Assembly: GCF_001194135.2 (NCBI RefSeq) | Contig: NC_068988.1 | Location: 82,841,745-82,905,744 of the forward strand | Source of the DNA: Octopus bimaculoides | Lineage: Eukaryota | Direction: 5' to 3' | Length of the DNA stretch: 64,000 nt | Part shown: in pieces, positions 44,601 to 59,400 of the stretch | Position numbering within the stretch: the stretch's first letter is position 1 | How the letters are laid out: every line of letters starts with the position of its first letter | Notes under the pieces: model-generated | Databases searched by the model: none | Seen by the model: only the letters and a program-made list of their open reading frames with translations | Told to the model about the DNA's origin: nothing | Program-made: the position numbers and the translations under genes

Positions 44601-47600
44601 GAATGCAACAGAAATATTAGATGTACAAGAACACTAAATTGACAACGACGTGTTAATGAAAAAGAAAGTTATTTACTAAAGAAAAATATACTTACCAATA
44701 AGTAAGAGAGCAGCATCCATGACAGCGGCTCCATTCAACATGGTGGCCATAAGAATGTCATGACCAGGACAATCAACAAATGAAACATGCCTGAGGAGAA
44801 CAAATAAATTTACCATTAGCTATGATAAAAACAACATCAAATTTATCATTTTAAATAAACACATTTATTCCATTCAAACCTTTTTTAGATGACACAGGCA
44901 AAATAGCAGAGTGAATAGGGTTTTCAAGTTATGGACTGTAAGTTCATATTCCACTGTAGTTACTTCATTGTAACACTTATCAACATTGTAACATGCACTT
45001 TTCCATGCTTGCATGGCTCAGATGAAATTTTCTCAAGTTAATTATACATGGCTAGACACCCTTCTTGCCACCAACCCTTACCTGTTTCCAAGGTAATATT
45101 TTCCAAGGACCTGACGTTTTTTCACAGAGTATCGAAAACGAATGATACTGCTTGTGTGACAGTATCATGATACTGCTTGTGTGACTAGCATGGAAAGCGG
45201 ACATTAAACGATGATGATGATGATGATTAAATGAAAAAAATGATTTACGTGAATACCCTCAGAAGAGTAATTGAAATAAATGGCGATTGTGGAGCCCCTC
45301 CACGCACGCACGCACGCATACACACGTGTGTCTTTGTAAATATGTTTGTATACATTTATGTATGTGTGTGTTTGTAAGAGAGAGAGGTTTGTTGTCATGT
45401 ATACGTACATGCATAAATATACATACATCTTTGGATGTATGCATATGACAACACAGCCCTTGACTCACTCACACTCCGTCTCTTACAAACATGCATGCGC
45501 GCGCATACACACGTGTCTTTGTAAATATGTTTGTATACATTTATGTATGTGTGTGTTTGTAAGAGACAGAGTGTGAGTGAGTCAAGGTGTGTGTGTGTGT
45601 GTGTGCGTGCGTGTGTATGTGTGTGAGACAGCGGTGTGTATGTAGTATTTACTCTCTCTCATACACACGAACACTCACACACAAAATAGAAAGTGAAGCT
45701 TTTTGCGGTTGTTACGTCAATACCGGAAGTTGACATTGAGGAACCTTTTTAAAGAAGTGAATCTTAAATATAAAGCAATATTATTTATTTTTAATTAAAA
45801 AAATCAAATGAAGAGCCTAAGATTTATGCGAGGTCAAATTATTCATGCATTACAAGTATGGAAGCATTTGGTGAAGTCGATTTCACGTGAAAAGCGATTA
45901 CACACACATCTCTGTTTTATATATAGTATAGATATAGATGTAGTCCAACATGCTTCTGAATAGATGGTATGGTCATGGTTGAAGTGCTTGCAATGTGATT
46001 AAACAGCATTCTGCTTGTTAACAAAAGTGAAATAGGGGAAAGATTTTGAAACATTACTTTCATCTAAATTATTGTTATTATAATTATTATAATGGCAGCC
46101 GGCTGGAAGAATCGTTAGCATGTTGGATGAAATGCTTAGCAGTATTTCTTTCAGTTCTGAGTTCAAATCCTACCAAAGTCAACTTTGCTTTTCATCCTTC
46201 AGAGAGTGGAGGGATAAAATAAGTACTGGGGTTGATGTAATCAACTAATCTATTCCTTCTAAAAGCTGCTGGCTTTGTGCCAAAACTTGAAACCAAACAG
46301 ACTGAAGATCATCTATCCTACACAATGATAAGCTGAGCAAACTGTTATAGCCTGAGGTATCTTTTAACAGTTGATTAACATTAATGACTCTATTAAGGAA
46401 AGGAGAACAGGGATTGTAATATTAATAGGCTAAGTAAATTAGATCTGAACTATTTTTTTTCTTTAATTAAATAAATACCCATTCCTATCACAAACTATTT
46501 ATTTTTAAACTCTAGTAACAACTAAGTGAACGTTCAAACAAGGATTTACAAAATTCATTAAGCTTTAAGATCTAAAAGTTACAAACCGTAACAACTGGAA
46601 TTTCCCTGTACAGCCAAGGCGGTCACATGGAAAAATATCCTCCTTTGCACTACCACAAGACCGATAATTGCCAGGACGTTGACAAGATTCCGAGTCACAT
46701 TTATATATCTGAAATTTACAGATGTGGATAAAATAAATGGTTCTTTTGAAATCATATATTTTTATAGATTAAAAAATTCATCAAATCAACAGGACAATAC
46801 AAATGTTTAATAATGAAGAATGATTTTTCTTTTACTGGTTTCAACCAGAGGCTGGGACCATGCTGGAGCACCACCTTTCAAATCCTTCAGACATTTCAAC
46901 AAAAGTGTCAGGTTCTTTTTTTGTTGGTTTTTTTTTTTACATCATTGCAAATGGAAGATGACCAATGTAATTGCATTCATTTTCAGATTTAATATAAATG
47001 AAGCTGTAATTTTTTTATTGATAATGTTTGTGCTCCTAACAGTAATGGTGCCTACCCAGGAAGTTAAAATAATTTTTGAATATGAATTTAAATTAGAAGA
47101 CAATGATACTGAAAGAACTATTAACGATATAGTATTTGAAGAGAACATTATAGAATTGTAAACTGTGCAGCATTTGCCTAGTCTAAAAACATTCTTAACC
47201 ACAAGTTTAGAGTGACAATTTATGTCAGATATTTAAGCAGATGATTCCATCATGTAGCTCCATTCAAAAACCTTAATGTAAATGGTGGTAATTTTAAAGT
47301 AATTTATTTCAAATTCATTTTAAAAAAAGCTAATTTAATCTCAAAGAAAAACCTCTACTATGGTCATAATAGAGATGAACTGACCTTAGCATTAGCATAT
47401 CCTAATTTGATGGTAATGTTCCTTTCTAATTCATTTTTAAAACGAACAGTCTGAAAAAAAAAGTCCATAAGGTAACAACAATGGAAAACAATAATTCTTG
47501 TTGAACAAGGGGGAAATAAAATTACAGTAAACCAAAGATAGATGATACAAACGTAAATATATCTAAGTCAGAAAAGTGGACAGTAAATCATTAAAGATAA

Positions 47601-50600
47601 TGCTAACTTCCATGTGCTTAGTCAGCTTATAGCATATTCTTGTATGGTCCAGTTTGTGGTGATGTTCATCCATTGTTGTCAATGATGACAAAGGATATCA
47701 CATGGAAGATGGGTCACGGTGCATCCAGTTGTGACTGATCAGGTTCTACCACAAGTCGGGCATAGTTGGTCTACTGGGAATGAAAGCAAGGAGTTGCTTC
47801 TGGATTTGCACAGCTCACGTTTTCTTTGTCCTCTTGTGAACCTATTCTGTCTGTAGGAGGTGACACCTCTGTTTGTGATAATATTTATTGCAATGAATTG
47901 ACTGAGCATTTTAACAAGAACCACTTTGTATAAGACTTATAATTTGGACTTCACGGGGGCAATGACAAGTGACTGACACCTTGGCGATATGCTGTGCTTC
48001 AGAAGACTTGTCAAGCCAAGTGAAACTGTAGTCATGGACATTGCCAGTGTAACAGTCAGGCAAATGGCACCCGTGAAATTGTAGCCGTGGCCATTGCTGG
48101 TGTCATGTAAATGGCACTTGTGTCAGTGGCATGTAAAAAGCACTCATTAAACTCTTGGAGTGGTTGGAGGTAGGGAGACTAGAACCTGGTGCAGCTCTCT
48201 GGCTTACCAGTTCCAATCAAACCGTCTAACCCATGCCAGCATGGAAAGCAGACGTCAAATGATGATGTAATTAGCATAGTTTCTGATGATTTTAATAGAC
48301 ACGTTAGAAATATTAATAGAGAGGAGAGTGAGCAGTCAGTGGTATATGTGGTGTCTTACTACTATAGGAATTAATAGTCTCAATGGATTGCTACAACATA
48401 GAAGCCATCAGTGACAGTTATGTACATGGTGTATAACTACAACGGAAATTCGTGCTATTTAGTGGTTTCAGTTTTGGCCATTTTATATTACTAGTATTGT
48501 TGCTGAAAACCAGAAAAAGGGTTTTAAAAAATGACTATCATACCTGAACACCTGAGATTGCTTTTACAGCTGTTGATTTGCCATGAGCTACATGCCCAAT
48601 AGTGCCTGAAATCAGAAGATTGACAAATATAATTGAATATACAGCTATTCAAAATGAAAAGAATTTATTTTTGTTTTGTTTTTTCTTAAATTATTAAATA
48701 AATTACAAACATTCATTGATAAGATGGACAATAAGAAGTAAAAGCCATCTTATGACATGTATGAATATCTAAACCAACTCAAGAAAAGCACCCAAGAAAG
48801 AACTGGGGCAACATTCAATTTGAGTTTTTTAAAATTATCTTTAGACAAACGATGGCAGACATAATGGAGTAGATAAATGTTTGAATATCCCTGCTCCATG
48901 GAAATTTCAGGAACTGTTGAGGAAGTATAACAATAGGAAATGTACTAATCTAATATTTCATATTCTATATTTCAAACTCCTTTAAACAGAAATCAGTCAA
49001 AATAAGTGATAGAGCCATTAATTAAAATGAAACACTTCAATAAAATATATTTAATTTTAAAACATAATCCTTAATGTTAAAGTTCATGTTTACGAATAAG
49101 ACCATAAAATTAGACTGAAGGGCTAAGGGAAAGACTAGAAAACTAATGTTTCTATTAAATACAGAGTTTGCTATCGATAAAACTTATAAAATAACCAAAA
49201 TTTTTAATGAGAACTGAAGGTTCAAATAACAGAAACTTACCAATATTTATTGTTGCTTGTCGACTGATAACTTCTGGACTAAGAGCAGTCAAAGTGTCAA
49301 CATTCTAAAAGATAATTAATTGTAAGAGGCTTAGCTCATTATAAACACAGGCAATTCAAATACTGATTTTGTCAATTATATATTCAAACAGAAACACAAG
49401 AATTACTGAAAGTTTTCATTGAAGTCATTTCTAACCAGAAAGTTATAAACATTTGCATGTTACAGCATTGGTTATATCTTTATTTATATCAGATCAGTTT
49501 CATTTTACCCTTTTGATACCAACCCAGCTGAGATTGCCCTGGTTTAATGAAACACAGTTCTTGGTTTTAAACAATTTAAATCAAAACTTCATCTTAATTT
49601 ATATTTCAAACAGATGAATAATAACAAAATTATTTTACTAAATACTTCACTATTTAAAAATTCAATGAAATAAAGGTGGTGTATTTTAGTAGAAATAGGG
49701 CAACAAAAGGGTACAATTAAAGGGTAGAACTACAGATGACAGCATTAAAAGTGTCCATTGTTGTATTATGTCAATAACTAAACTATTACTCTCAGACCTA
49801 GTTCATCTAGGTCAGAGAATAGTACCAACTCAGCATAACTATCATCATCATAATCGTTTAACATCCATCTTCCATGCATGCATGAGTAGGGCAGTTGACA
49901 GGAGCCGGCCTGGTAGGAAAACTACCCTAGGCTATTCTGTCTGTTTTTGGCAGGGATTTTACAGCTGGGTGTCCTTCCTAACACCAACCATTCCACAGAG
50001 TGGACTCAGTGCTTTTTACATTGCACTAGCATAGGCGAATACAGCAGCAAATACAGTGAGCACAGTAGTGAGGGCAAGAAAGGGGATTGGAAAACAATCA
50101 TAGTTTATGAAGAGGAAATGTGAGGAAGAGAAAGATGCAGTTAGAAGAGGAGTTGTAGCTTGATTTCTTAGGGCAGAGTGGGTGAAAAGTGTGTTGTTGC
50201 ATGTGGGTGGGACACAACTCTTCTAGCACTCAGTTTCATGGATGGGTCTTCTCTAGGACCTCATATCGTCAAACACCTCGGTCCACTGTCATTTCCTCCA
50301 CTTCATCCCATGTCTTCCTGGGTCTCCCTCTTCCACAGGTACCATCCACGTTCAGCAACAGGCACTTCTGTATACAGCTGTCTTTACTCATATGCAACAC
50401 ACGTCCAAACCAATGCAGTCTCCTCTCCTGCATAACTTTTCTCTCAACACAGTTGTGCTTTGTCGGTCATGCACACTGATATTGCAAATCCAACAGAGCA
50501 TACTACCTTCATTCCTCTCCAGCCTATACATGTCCTCCGCAGTCAAAGCCCATGTCTCACTACCATATAACATAGCCGTTCTCAGACAAGTAACATACAA

Positions 50601-53459
50601 CCAATCTTTCACTCTGGGAGAGAGTCCTTTTGCTGCCAGGAGAGGTAGTAGTTCTCTGAGCTTCCTCCACCCTATTCTTATTCTAGAAACAATACTTTTA
50701 GAGCATCCACCGCCAATACTAATTTGGTTACCTAAATAGCAGAAACTACCTCAAGAGAGTCTCCTGGGCATTTGAGAAAGTTTTTTAAGTCCAAAAATGA
50801 CCTTATCTGATAATCTTCCCACAATTCCAATGCATCTCTTATGCGTCCACAGCTAACACTTGGTGCAGCAAATAGAATTACATCCCACTCCTTTCCTACA
50901 TATAGAACAGGACCATTTGCCAGTCAGAATGAGAGTCTCCTTTCTCACTAACAACAACTTTAGTCTTAGCTAAGTAAACTTTAAAGCCCTTTGGTTCCAG
51001 GTTTTGCAATTAGAGAAAGATCACCAGCATATAGCAGTTCCCATGGGCACCCAGTTTTGAATTCATTTTTTATGGCCTAGAGAACTTTGATGAATAAGAG
51101 TGGACTAAGGACTGATCCTTGGTGTACTCCAACTTGTACATTAAATTCATCACTGTACTCAAGGCCAACTCTCACCTTACTATCAGCACCGCTGTACATG
51201 GCTTGAACAGCTCTAACAAACCACTCCTCTACTCTCGGCTTTCTTAGAGACCACCAAATAAGAGAGTGGGGAACCCTGTCGAAAGCTTTCTCCAGGTCAA
51301 CAAAGGCAAAGTACAATGGCTTACTTTTAGCCAAATACTTTTCTTGCAAACGTCTCACTTTGAAGATGGCATCTGTGGTATTTCTCCTAAGAACAAAACC
51401 AAACTGCATCTCATCTAGTTTAATTCTATCCCTAATTAATTGGGGATGATGCCTTCCTGAATAACCTGATAAACTAACTATGCGAGTGACTAGGCTACAT
51501 CCCACACTACTTGATATTTTAATTATCTTGGCAGTGACATCCGATGGCCCAGGGGCTTTCCCAGCCTTCATATCTTTAATTGCCTTATCTATTATGCTAC
51601 TATCATCTCTGATGGTTGGTCCCTCAATTGGTTCAATATTTGAAAGACTCTCCTTCTCTCAATCATTCTCCACATTTAACAACTTTTCATAATGGCATCT
51701 CCATGTATCTTTCTTCTCCGAGTCACTAAGTAAAAGCATATCATTATCCATTCGCACACATTTCTCACCTACCACATCTCTATTCTCTCTGATACACTAC
51801 TTTACAATCCTGAACACCTCATGTATGTAGTGTTTAGTGAGGTTACCATGTAGACTTGTAACAGATCTGAACTAAGTGCTCACACAGCTGTTATATTACA
51901 GCCAACTCTGCTGCAATCACACAAAAGTGAGTTCAATGTAAATGGATTTAAATTAAGCTCAAAACATTATATCAAACAGGAAATGCCAAAAATTATTCTG
52001 TTTTTCCCAGGTTAACAGAAGGACTAAAATTTTCTTTTTATTCAGATTTGTGATGAAGATTGGCTATGTTGTTGCCCAACATTGTCTCTTTGATATAGAT
52101 GTGTTCAAATGGCCATATAATTAAAACATGAAACTAGTTATTCCATATTTAGTGTCAGTAATGTGATTCATTACTTCCTGCGTTCCAAGATGTCAATCTA
52201 TTAAATGAACAATCCTGCCACTAACAAAGACACTTCATTTTCAATAGTTCTTACCACATGCCACTAGCAAAGACAATTCATTTTTGATAGTTCACAGTCC
52301 TGAGTTCAAATCCTGCAAAAACACTTAACAGAATGGTTTTCTTTACCATTAAAGAAAAATGTGAAAATGTACCCCAAAGCTAAACATCAACTACTTGGCA
52401 ATATGACCCTTAAACTCAGGCAACATACATGGCAATCTATAATGAAAGACTGTTCATATTGCCAATACTCCCAGAACCTCTCGTCAACAAAACAAATATT
52501 TCCATTTCCCATCTTAATAGTGATGCAGTTGTATTATTACAAGTCATAATTTCCAAATGATTTACAACTTTTTCAAGTACTTGTCTTTAATAGAAATGTT
52601 ACTAAAATTTTAAGTGTTTTACATAATATTTTCAAAAATGTTGGAGTTTAGTTTTGAATAATAGAAACCTTAATTATGAGAAATATACTCTGCCCATTCC
52701 ATGTTTTGACTATCTGTTTCAGTTAAGAACTAGTAACCATTAACTAAGGTGTGTAGAATTGAAAGATTTAGTAGATATCAATGAATGGTCATATACATAG
52801 TGCAGTAGAAAAGCTGCCCACATTTTACACAGCCATTGGTGTGATGCTGTGACAGTTAGGCAAGTGGTAACAGTATCTTGTTGTGGATAATATTTTACCT
52901 CACTTTCTTTTTAGCTACCATCATAGTTTGGACAATGCACTCATGCATTTGCTGTTGAAATGTTCATCAACTTGTAAAATATAGGAGGATTATTTGGCAC
53001 TTCATCCTTTCAACTGCCAACCATCCCAAATCTGTGAGACTGGCAATAAATTAGTATAAAGAAAATAAATAGAAGATTCCACTATATTAGGAAAGGAAAA
53101 TATATCTATGTTGATTTCAATACTGTTTAAGTTTACATAACAAAATCTAAAAAATGGAGAATCTTAATGCTATAATTTTTTCAGTCATTAGTTTAGAAAA
53201 GCAAATAAACATCCAAACATGTACAAAAAATCACTTTTGTGTTGTTTTGGTCAAATTTTCAAGTAGAACAAAAGATCAGTTTTATGGGGAAAATAACTAT
53301 ATACATAGGTTAAACTGGTAGGCAGATATGGTTGTGTGGTTATGAAACTTGCTAACCAAGAATGTGGTTTTGGATTCAGTCCCACTGGATTGTTATCTGC
53401 TATAACCTTGGGCCAATCAAAGCCTTGTGAGTGGGTTTGATAGATGGAAACTGAAAGCT

Positions 53460-53497
<38 letters not shown>

Positions 53498-56400
53498 ACA
53501 CGCGCGTGCCCTTGTCTAGACATTGCATGACAGTAGTAAACAAGCCGTGTGCAAGCAGTGTTCATATCCAGTCCTCTCTGAAAACACGTTTGGCCGTGGA
53601 AAAATATTACCTTGCTTGGAAATAGACAGGGTTGGCAACAGGACAGGCATCCAGCTGGGGAAAATCTGACTCAGTGAATCCATGCAAGCATGGAAAAGTG
53701 GACAATAAAAAGATGATGATAATAGTTGATAGCACTGACTGTTACTGATTTTAGCAATGACAGAAGTTATGAGAGGCCAAATTGTTGCAATCCCTAACTT
53801 CATGAAGCCAATATCCAACTGCAGAAGTTGTTGATTAACGAAGTCATTTCATTCACCTTTATAATAATATGACAAGCCTCTACATACATGGGACTAATTC
53901 TACAGTTAGCAATTCCAAGATAATTATAGAATATTCAATACTACAGTCTTACACAACTAAAAATAAAAAACAATTTAGAAGAAATGACAAAATGTAATTT
54001 GTAAATAAAACAAAAACCCATTAATTAACAACACAAAAAACATCAAAATGAAGTGGTGATAGTTATTAGATCATATTATTCAAATAGGCAGTCAAAGTGT
54101 TAATTCCTTCTGGTCAGTCTAGGACTGAGACTACATCACATTTCCTGATACCAAATTAAATTAGGATACAAGAGTAAGAGAGAATTTCAATCACTAGCAC
54201 CTTTTCAACTTAATGGGTCATTTTCTGGATGATAATCAAACTTATTTCTAAAAGATAGAACATCTGATATCCCCAGAGCTTAATGGTAAGTGGTTAAATA
54301 TTAGTTCACAGCTAATTGCATCTTTAACATTCCAGAAAGCAAAAGATCTAATTAATATTCATTAACACAAGAACGTGGCGAGCTGGCAGAATCATTATCA
54401 TACCAGGCAAAAGCTTAGCGGCATTTTGTCCGTCTTTACATTCTGAGTTCAAATTCCATCATGGCCAACTTTGCCTGTCATCCTTTCAAGGTCGATAAAA
54501 TAAGTACCAGTTGCACATGGTGTGGTCCCCTCCCATTCACCGATATAATCAACTTACCCCCACCCACAAAATTGCTGGCCTTGTGCCAAAATCTGAAACC
54601 AATATTCTTGTCCCATTGTCTCATCATCTTATAAATTTTGAAAATTTGTTAAATGTTATTGAATTTCAGATCAACACTGCAACAACTGAACTCAAAACAT
54701 GGCAGTTTACTCTTAAATTCCCCAAGGATTCCAAAGATTGAAATATCAGATATGCCACAGATAAGATAAGTCTGTTTCCATCAATACAATTTGCCTTTTT
54801 CACAACTCATGAATCAAAAACAATCCACAACACTACAACTACTACTATTAATAAACTACCATTGATTATATCCATGTACAGTGCCTAATTTCTATTGCAG
54901 TGTTGGATGGAATACTGTTGGTTTCTGACATAGCTTTACAAAAGGGTTATCTTTCTTTTGTCTTTTATTTAATTCATTCATTAGGCTGCAGCCATGTTGG
55001 GGCATTGCCTTGAAGAGTTTTAGTCAAATGAACCAACCCCAGTACTTATTTCTTTTTTCAACCATTACTTATTCTCTGGGTCTTTTTTAATGAACCACTA
55101 GGTCACAGGGATGTAAACAAGCCAATAGTGGTTGCCAAGTGGCAGTGGTGGTGCGCAAACAGAAACACAAAAACACGTGCACATAGATATGTACATATAC
55201 GAAAGATCCATCTACCAAATCCACTCACAAGTTCTCTGGTCAACGCAGTTTTAGTAGATAACATTTGTCCAGGGTACCACATAGTGGGACTGAACCCAGA
55301 ACAATGTGATTGGGAAGCAAACTTCTTACCACACAGTCACACCAAGATTATTGCAAAATGTCATAATCATTTAACAAATAAAACATTGTTTATCAACAGC
55401 AGGACATTCTCTGCAGTCATGTAAGGTTCTGATCCACACCAGAGAAACAAAAATTAGCCTGAGCAGAAACTGATTTCTCCACAACAGCAACATGGTGAAT
55501 TTTCATTATAATGTTATCCATAAACACTAATAATGAATTCTTTCACTTGGTCTGTAGAAATAGCATTCTGCAACATAAAGGTTTTCCCAGCTTTAAAAAA
55601 AAAAAAAAAAAGTGAAGGCAAACTACCTAACTACCTTTTGATGGTTTCTCCATTTAGCCCTCGACAAAAAAAGTAGCCTTTTCCACAAGTCAACTTTTAC
55701 TTGTTTCAATCACTGAAGTGCAGCCACGCAGGGGCCCACCTTGAAGGGTTTAGCCAAGCAAATTAACATCATCATCATCGTTTAACGTCTGCCTTCCATG
55801 CCAGCATGGGTTGGACGATTTGACTGAGGATTGGCAAACCAGATGGCTACACCACGCTCCAATCTGATTTGGCAGAGTTTCTACAGCTGGATGCCCTTCC
55901 TAATGCCAACCACTCCAAGAGTGTAGTGGGTGCTTTTACATGCCACCGGCACGAAGGCCGGTCAGGCGGTACTGGCAACGGCCACGCTCCAAATGGTGTA
56001 TTTTACGTGCCACCTGCACAGGTGGCCAGTCCAGCGGCACTGGCAACAACCTCGTTCGAATGTCTTTTCACGTGCCACCGACACAAGTGAACCTCAGTAC
56101 TCATTCTATCAGTCTCTTTTACTGAGCCACTAAGTCATAATGATGTAAAAAAAAAAAACAATAATAGTTGTCAAGCAATGATACAAACACACACACAAGT
56201 TATGTGTGTGTGTGTTTAGGTTTGAAAGGCTCTGAAACAGTGCATCCTTGAGAAAAATTAATTTGATTTTTGAAATCTACATCTCAAAGAAGATGTAAAC
56301 AATAATGAACAAATATAATTTGCAACAAGAAATAACTCAACTTTTAGATCGATAACTTTCCTACTCTCTATCTGTCACTACCAATCAATCCCCCTCTATG

Positions 56401-59400
56401 TATTTACCATACTCTTTGAAATTCACTCTCTATATGTGTATTAACTCTCATGCATTGCTTTCATTTTCTTTAAAACCTCTGTCTTCTAATGTTTACCTTC
56501 ATCTTATGACAGCTATTACACACCAATCTTGCTTTCTGAATGGGTAAAAATGATCAAACTTTAAACCTCTGTAACATTTTTCTAAACTCTTTTCTGGAAT
56601 AAATGAATTACAAACTCGGATTCAGCATTTGGAAATTATCACTTAATATAAAAATTTCAAAAGAATCTGTGATAGCAACAGAAAAGATCTCTCTCTATTT
56701 GTCTATCTCTTCCATTTTTTCATGGTAAATTTTCTCACTTTCTATAAAAGTAGATCACTCATGCTGCATGCGCTTGTTAGAATGTGTAAGGAACTTTATT
56801 AGGACAACAGAGTGATTTAAAAAGATAATTTATTTTAATAGCATACTTTTCTGTTAGTAAATATATTTTTTCTNNNNNNNNNNNNNNNNNNNNNNNNNNN
56901 NNNNNNNNNNNNNNNNNNNNNNNNNNNNNNNNNNNNNNNNNNNNNNNNNNNNNNNNNNNNNNNNNNNNNNNNNNNNNNNNNNNNNNNNNNNNNNNNNNNN
57001 NNNNNNNNNNNNNNNNNNNNNNNNNNNNNNNNNNNNNNNNNNNNNNNNNNNNNNNNNNNNNNNNNNNNNNNNNNNNNNNNNNNNNNNNNNNNNNNNNNNN
57101 NNNNNNNNNNNNNNNNNNNNNNNNNNNNNNNNNNNNNNNNNNNNNNNNNNNNNNNNNNNNNNNNNNNNNNNNNNNNNNNNNNNNNNNNNNNNNNNNNNNN
57201 NNNNNNNNNNNNNNNNNNNNNNNNNNNNNNNNNNNNNNNNNNNNNNNNNNNNNNNNNNNNNNNNNNNNNNNNNNNNNNNNNNNNNNNNNNNNNNNNNNNN
57301 NNNNNNNNNNNNNNNNNNNNNNNNNNNNNNNNNNNNNNNNNNNNNNNNNNNNNNNNNNNNNNNNNNNNNNNNNNNNNNNNNNNNNNNNNNNNNNNNNNNN
57401 NNNNNNNNNNNNNNNNNNNNNNNNNNNNNNNNNNNNNNNNNNNNNNNNNNNNNNNNNNNNNNNNNNNNNNNNNNNNNNNNNNNNNNNNNNNNNNNNNNNN
57501 NNNNNNNNNNNNNNNNNNNNNNNNNNNNNNNNNNNNNNNNNNNNNNNNNNNNNNNNNNNNNNNNNNNNNNNNNNNNNNTTTTTTTTTTTATCATGAAGGT
57601 GTCTCCCATTATTTTTAAGTGTATAGTACAAAAAGATATTGGGTAACATGATCCCAAGAAATAAAGATTCATAAATTTTCCCAAAATATTTTTTCATAAA
57701 AAAAAAAAAAAAAAAAAAGCTACCCTCATCATTTGCAAGTGTGGTGAAAACGAAATTTTTAAAATCCCTTTCAAAACGGAGAAAATCCAACTTATGTGAG
57801 TGTGCTATTCCGAAAGTCCACCAAGGCGTTCTATTGTAAAAATTACTTGGCAGCAACAGGATACTCAGCTAGTGTGTATATCATCATCATCATTTAACAT
57901 CCATGTTCCATGCTAGCATGGGTGGGATGGTACCACAAAAGCTGGCCATATATACATATATATGCCACCATCTATTTCTCTCTTCTCTTACTCAAATCAT
58001 CCTATTTATATTCTGATTCCCATCCTTTGTAAATATGCCAGGTACTTTGCCACCATCCCTCTCCTGCTCTTCCCTCAGGTTGGGTAACCATGTACTCCTT
58101 TATGGCAGCTCACTTGTTTCTGCCCTCATTCCTGCTCTCTCCGGCCAAGTAACCTTGTACCTCCTCTACAGCAAGACACCTGTTTCTGTCTCTCTGTCTT
58201 ACTATAACCTTTCATCAGCTGACTCAAGATCACCTCCTCCAATGCCCCCTTCCCTCTCAAAAGATTTTTGTCTTGCAAGTTACTTGGTGACTCTGTCAGT
58301 GCAGGTTTCAGTTAAAAAGCATCCAGTCCACACTGTAAAGTGGTTGACATTTGGAAGTGCATCCAACTGTAAAAACTTTGCCAAAACTAACCTCACCTGT
58401 GCTAGTGCCATGTAAAAAATACTCAGTCCACTCTGTTAGGTTGGTGTTAAGAAGAGTATCCAGCTGCAAAAACCCTGCCAAAACAAACATGGTAGTGCAG
58501 GTCTCTGCCTGGCTAGCTCCTGTCAAACAGTTCCACCCATGCCAGCATGGAAGGCAGACGTTAAACGATGATGATATATTAGTTATAGGATCCATCAGAA
58601 TCTAGGCACATCAACACATAGAAATGGTTAGGTGCAACAACATAGGGTTAACAGTGAGGTAAAACAATATCCAATATGTTGGTTGCATTTGTCATCATCA
58701 AAATTAAACCCGTTTAAAATTTTACCTGAAGATTTTACACTATGATGTAATCTATGAATACATCAATTAAATTTTACTGAAATAAATTGTCAAATTTTAA
58801 ACCCCATTTGTGTTCTTTATGTGTATGTGTGTGTACATATACACAGATATATATATACATACACATATATGCACACGCACACGCACTTACAATATTTGTA
58901 ATCTATATCAAGAAACCAATATCCAATCATATTTGTATTTCACATTTCAGGTATGAACTAACGAAATCATTTTCTTTCTTACACTTTAGTAGCAAGCATA
59001 CATATAACCCTTATGATTTCACAATTCTATTAGTAGTTAACAAAACAATTACAAAATATCAATCCAAAATCTAACTAGATATTAAGACATTCAGTCTGAA
59101 ACTATCATTTCCACCAAATTGCCAGAGTATCCGTAAATATCTATCTATCCACCTCTCTCAATACTGCATCACTATTCAGCTAACGGGTCTTGTCTTGCAA
59201 GTTACTCAACTTCATTTGTGCCAGTGCCTCGAAAAAAAGCACCCAGTACATTCAGTGAAATGGTTGGCGTTAGTAAGGGTATCAAACCGTAGAAACTATA
59301 CCAAAGCAAATATTGGAGCCCAATGCATCTCTACTGTCTTGTCAGATCTTGTCGAACCGTACAACCCATGTCATCATGGAAAACGTACATTAAATGAGGA

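Noticed and set aside
46587-46708. Cys-rich zinc-ribbon-like insert in eIF2-gamma, with more Cys than human
   Set aside because: As recalled, yeast, fly and archaeal orthologues retain similar Cys; this is ancestral rather than novel.
57845-57873. Possible Helitron 3' end (...ggatactcagCTAG|T)
   Set aside because: No clear subterminal hairpin, and the upstream part is interrupted by a 705-N gap; insufficient support.
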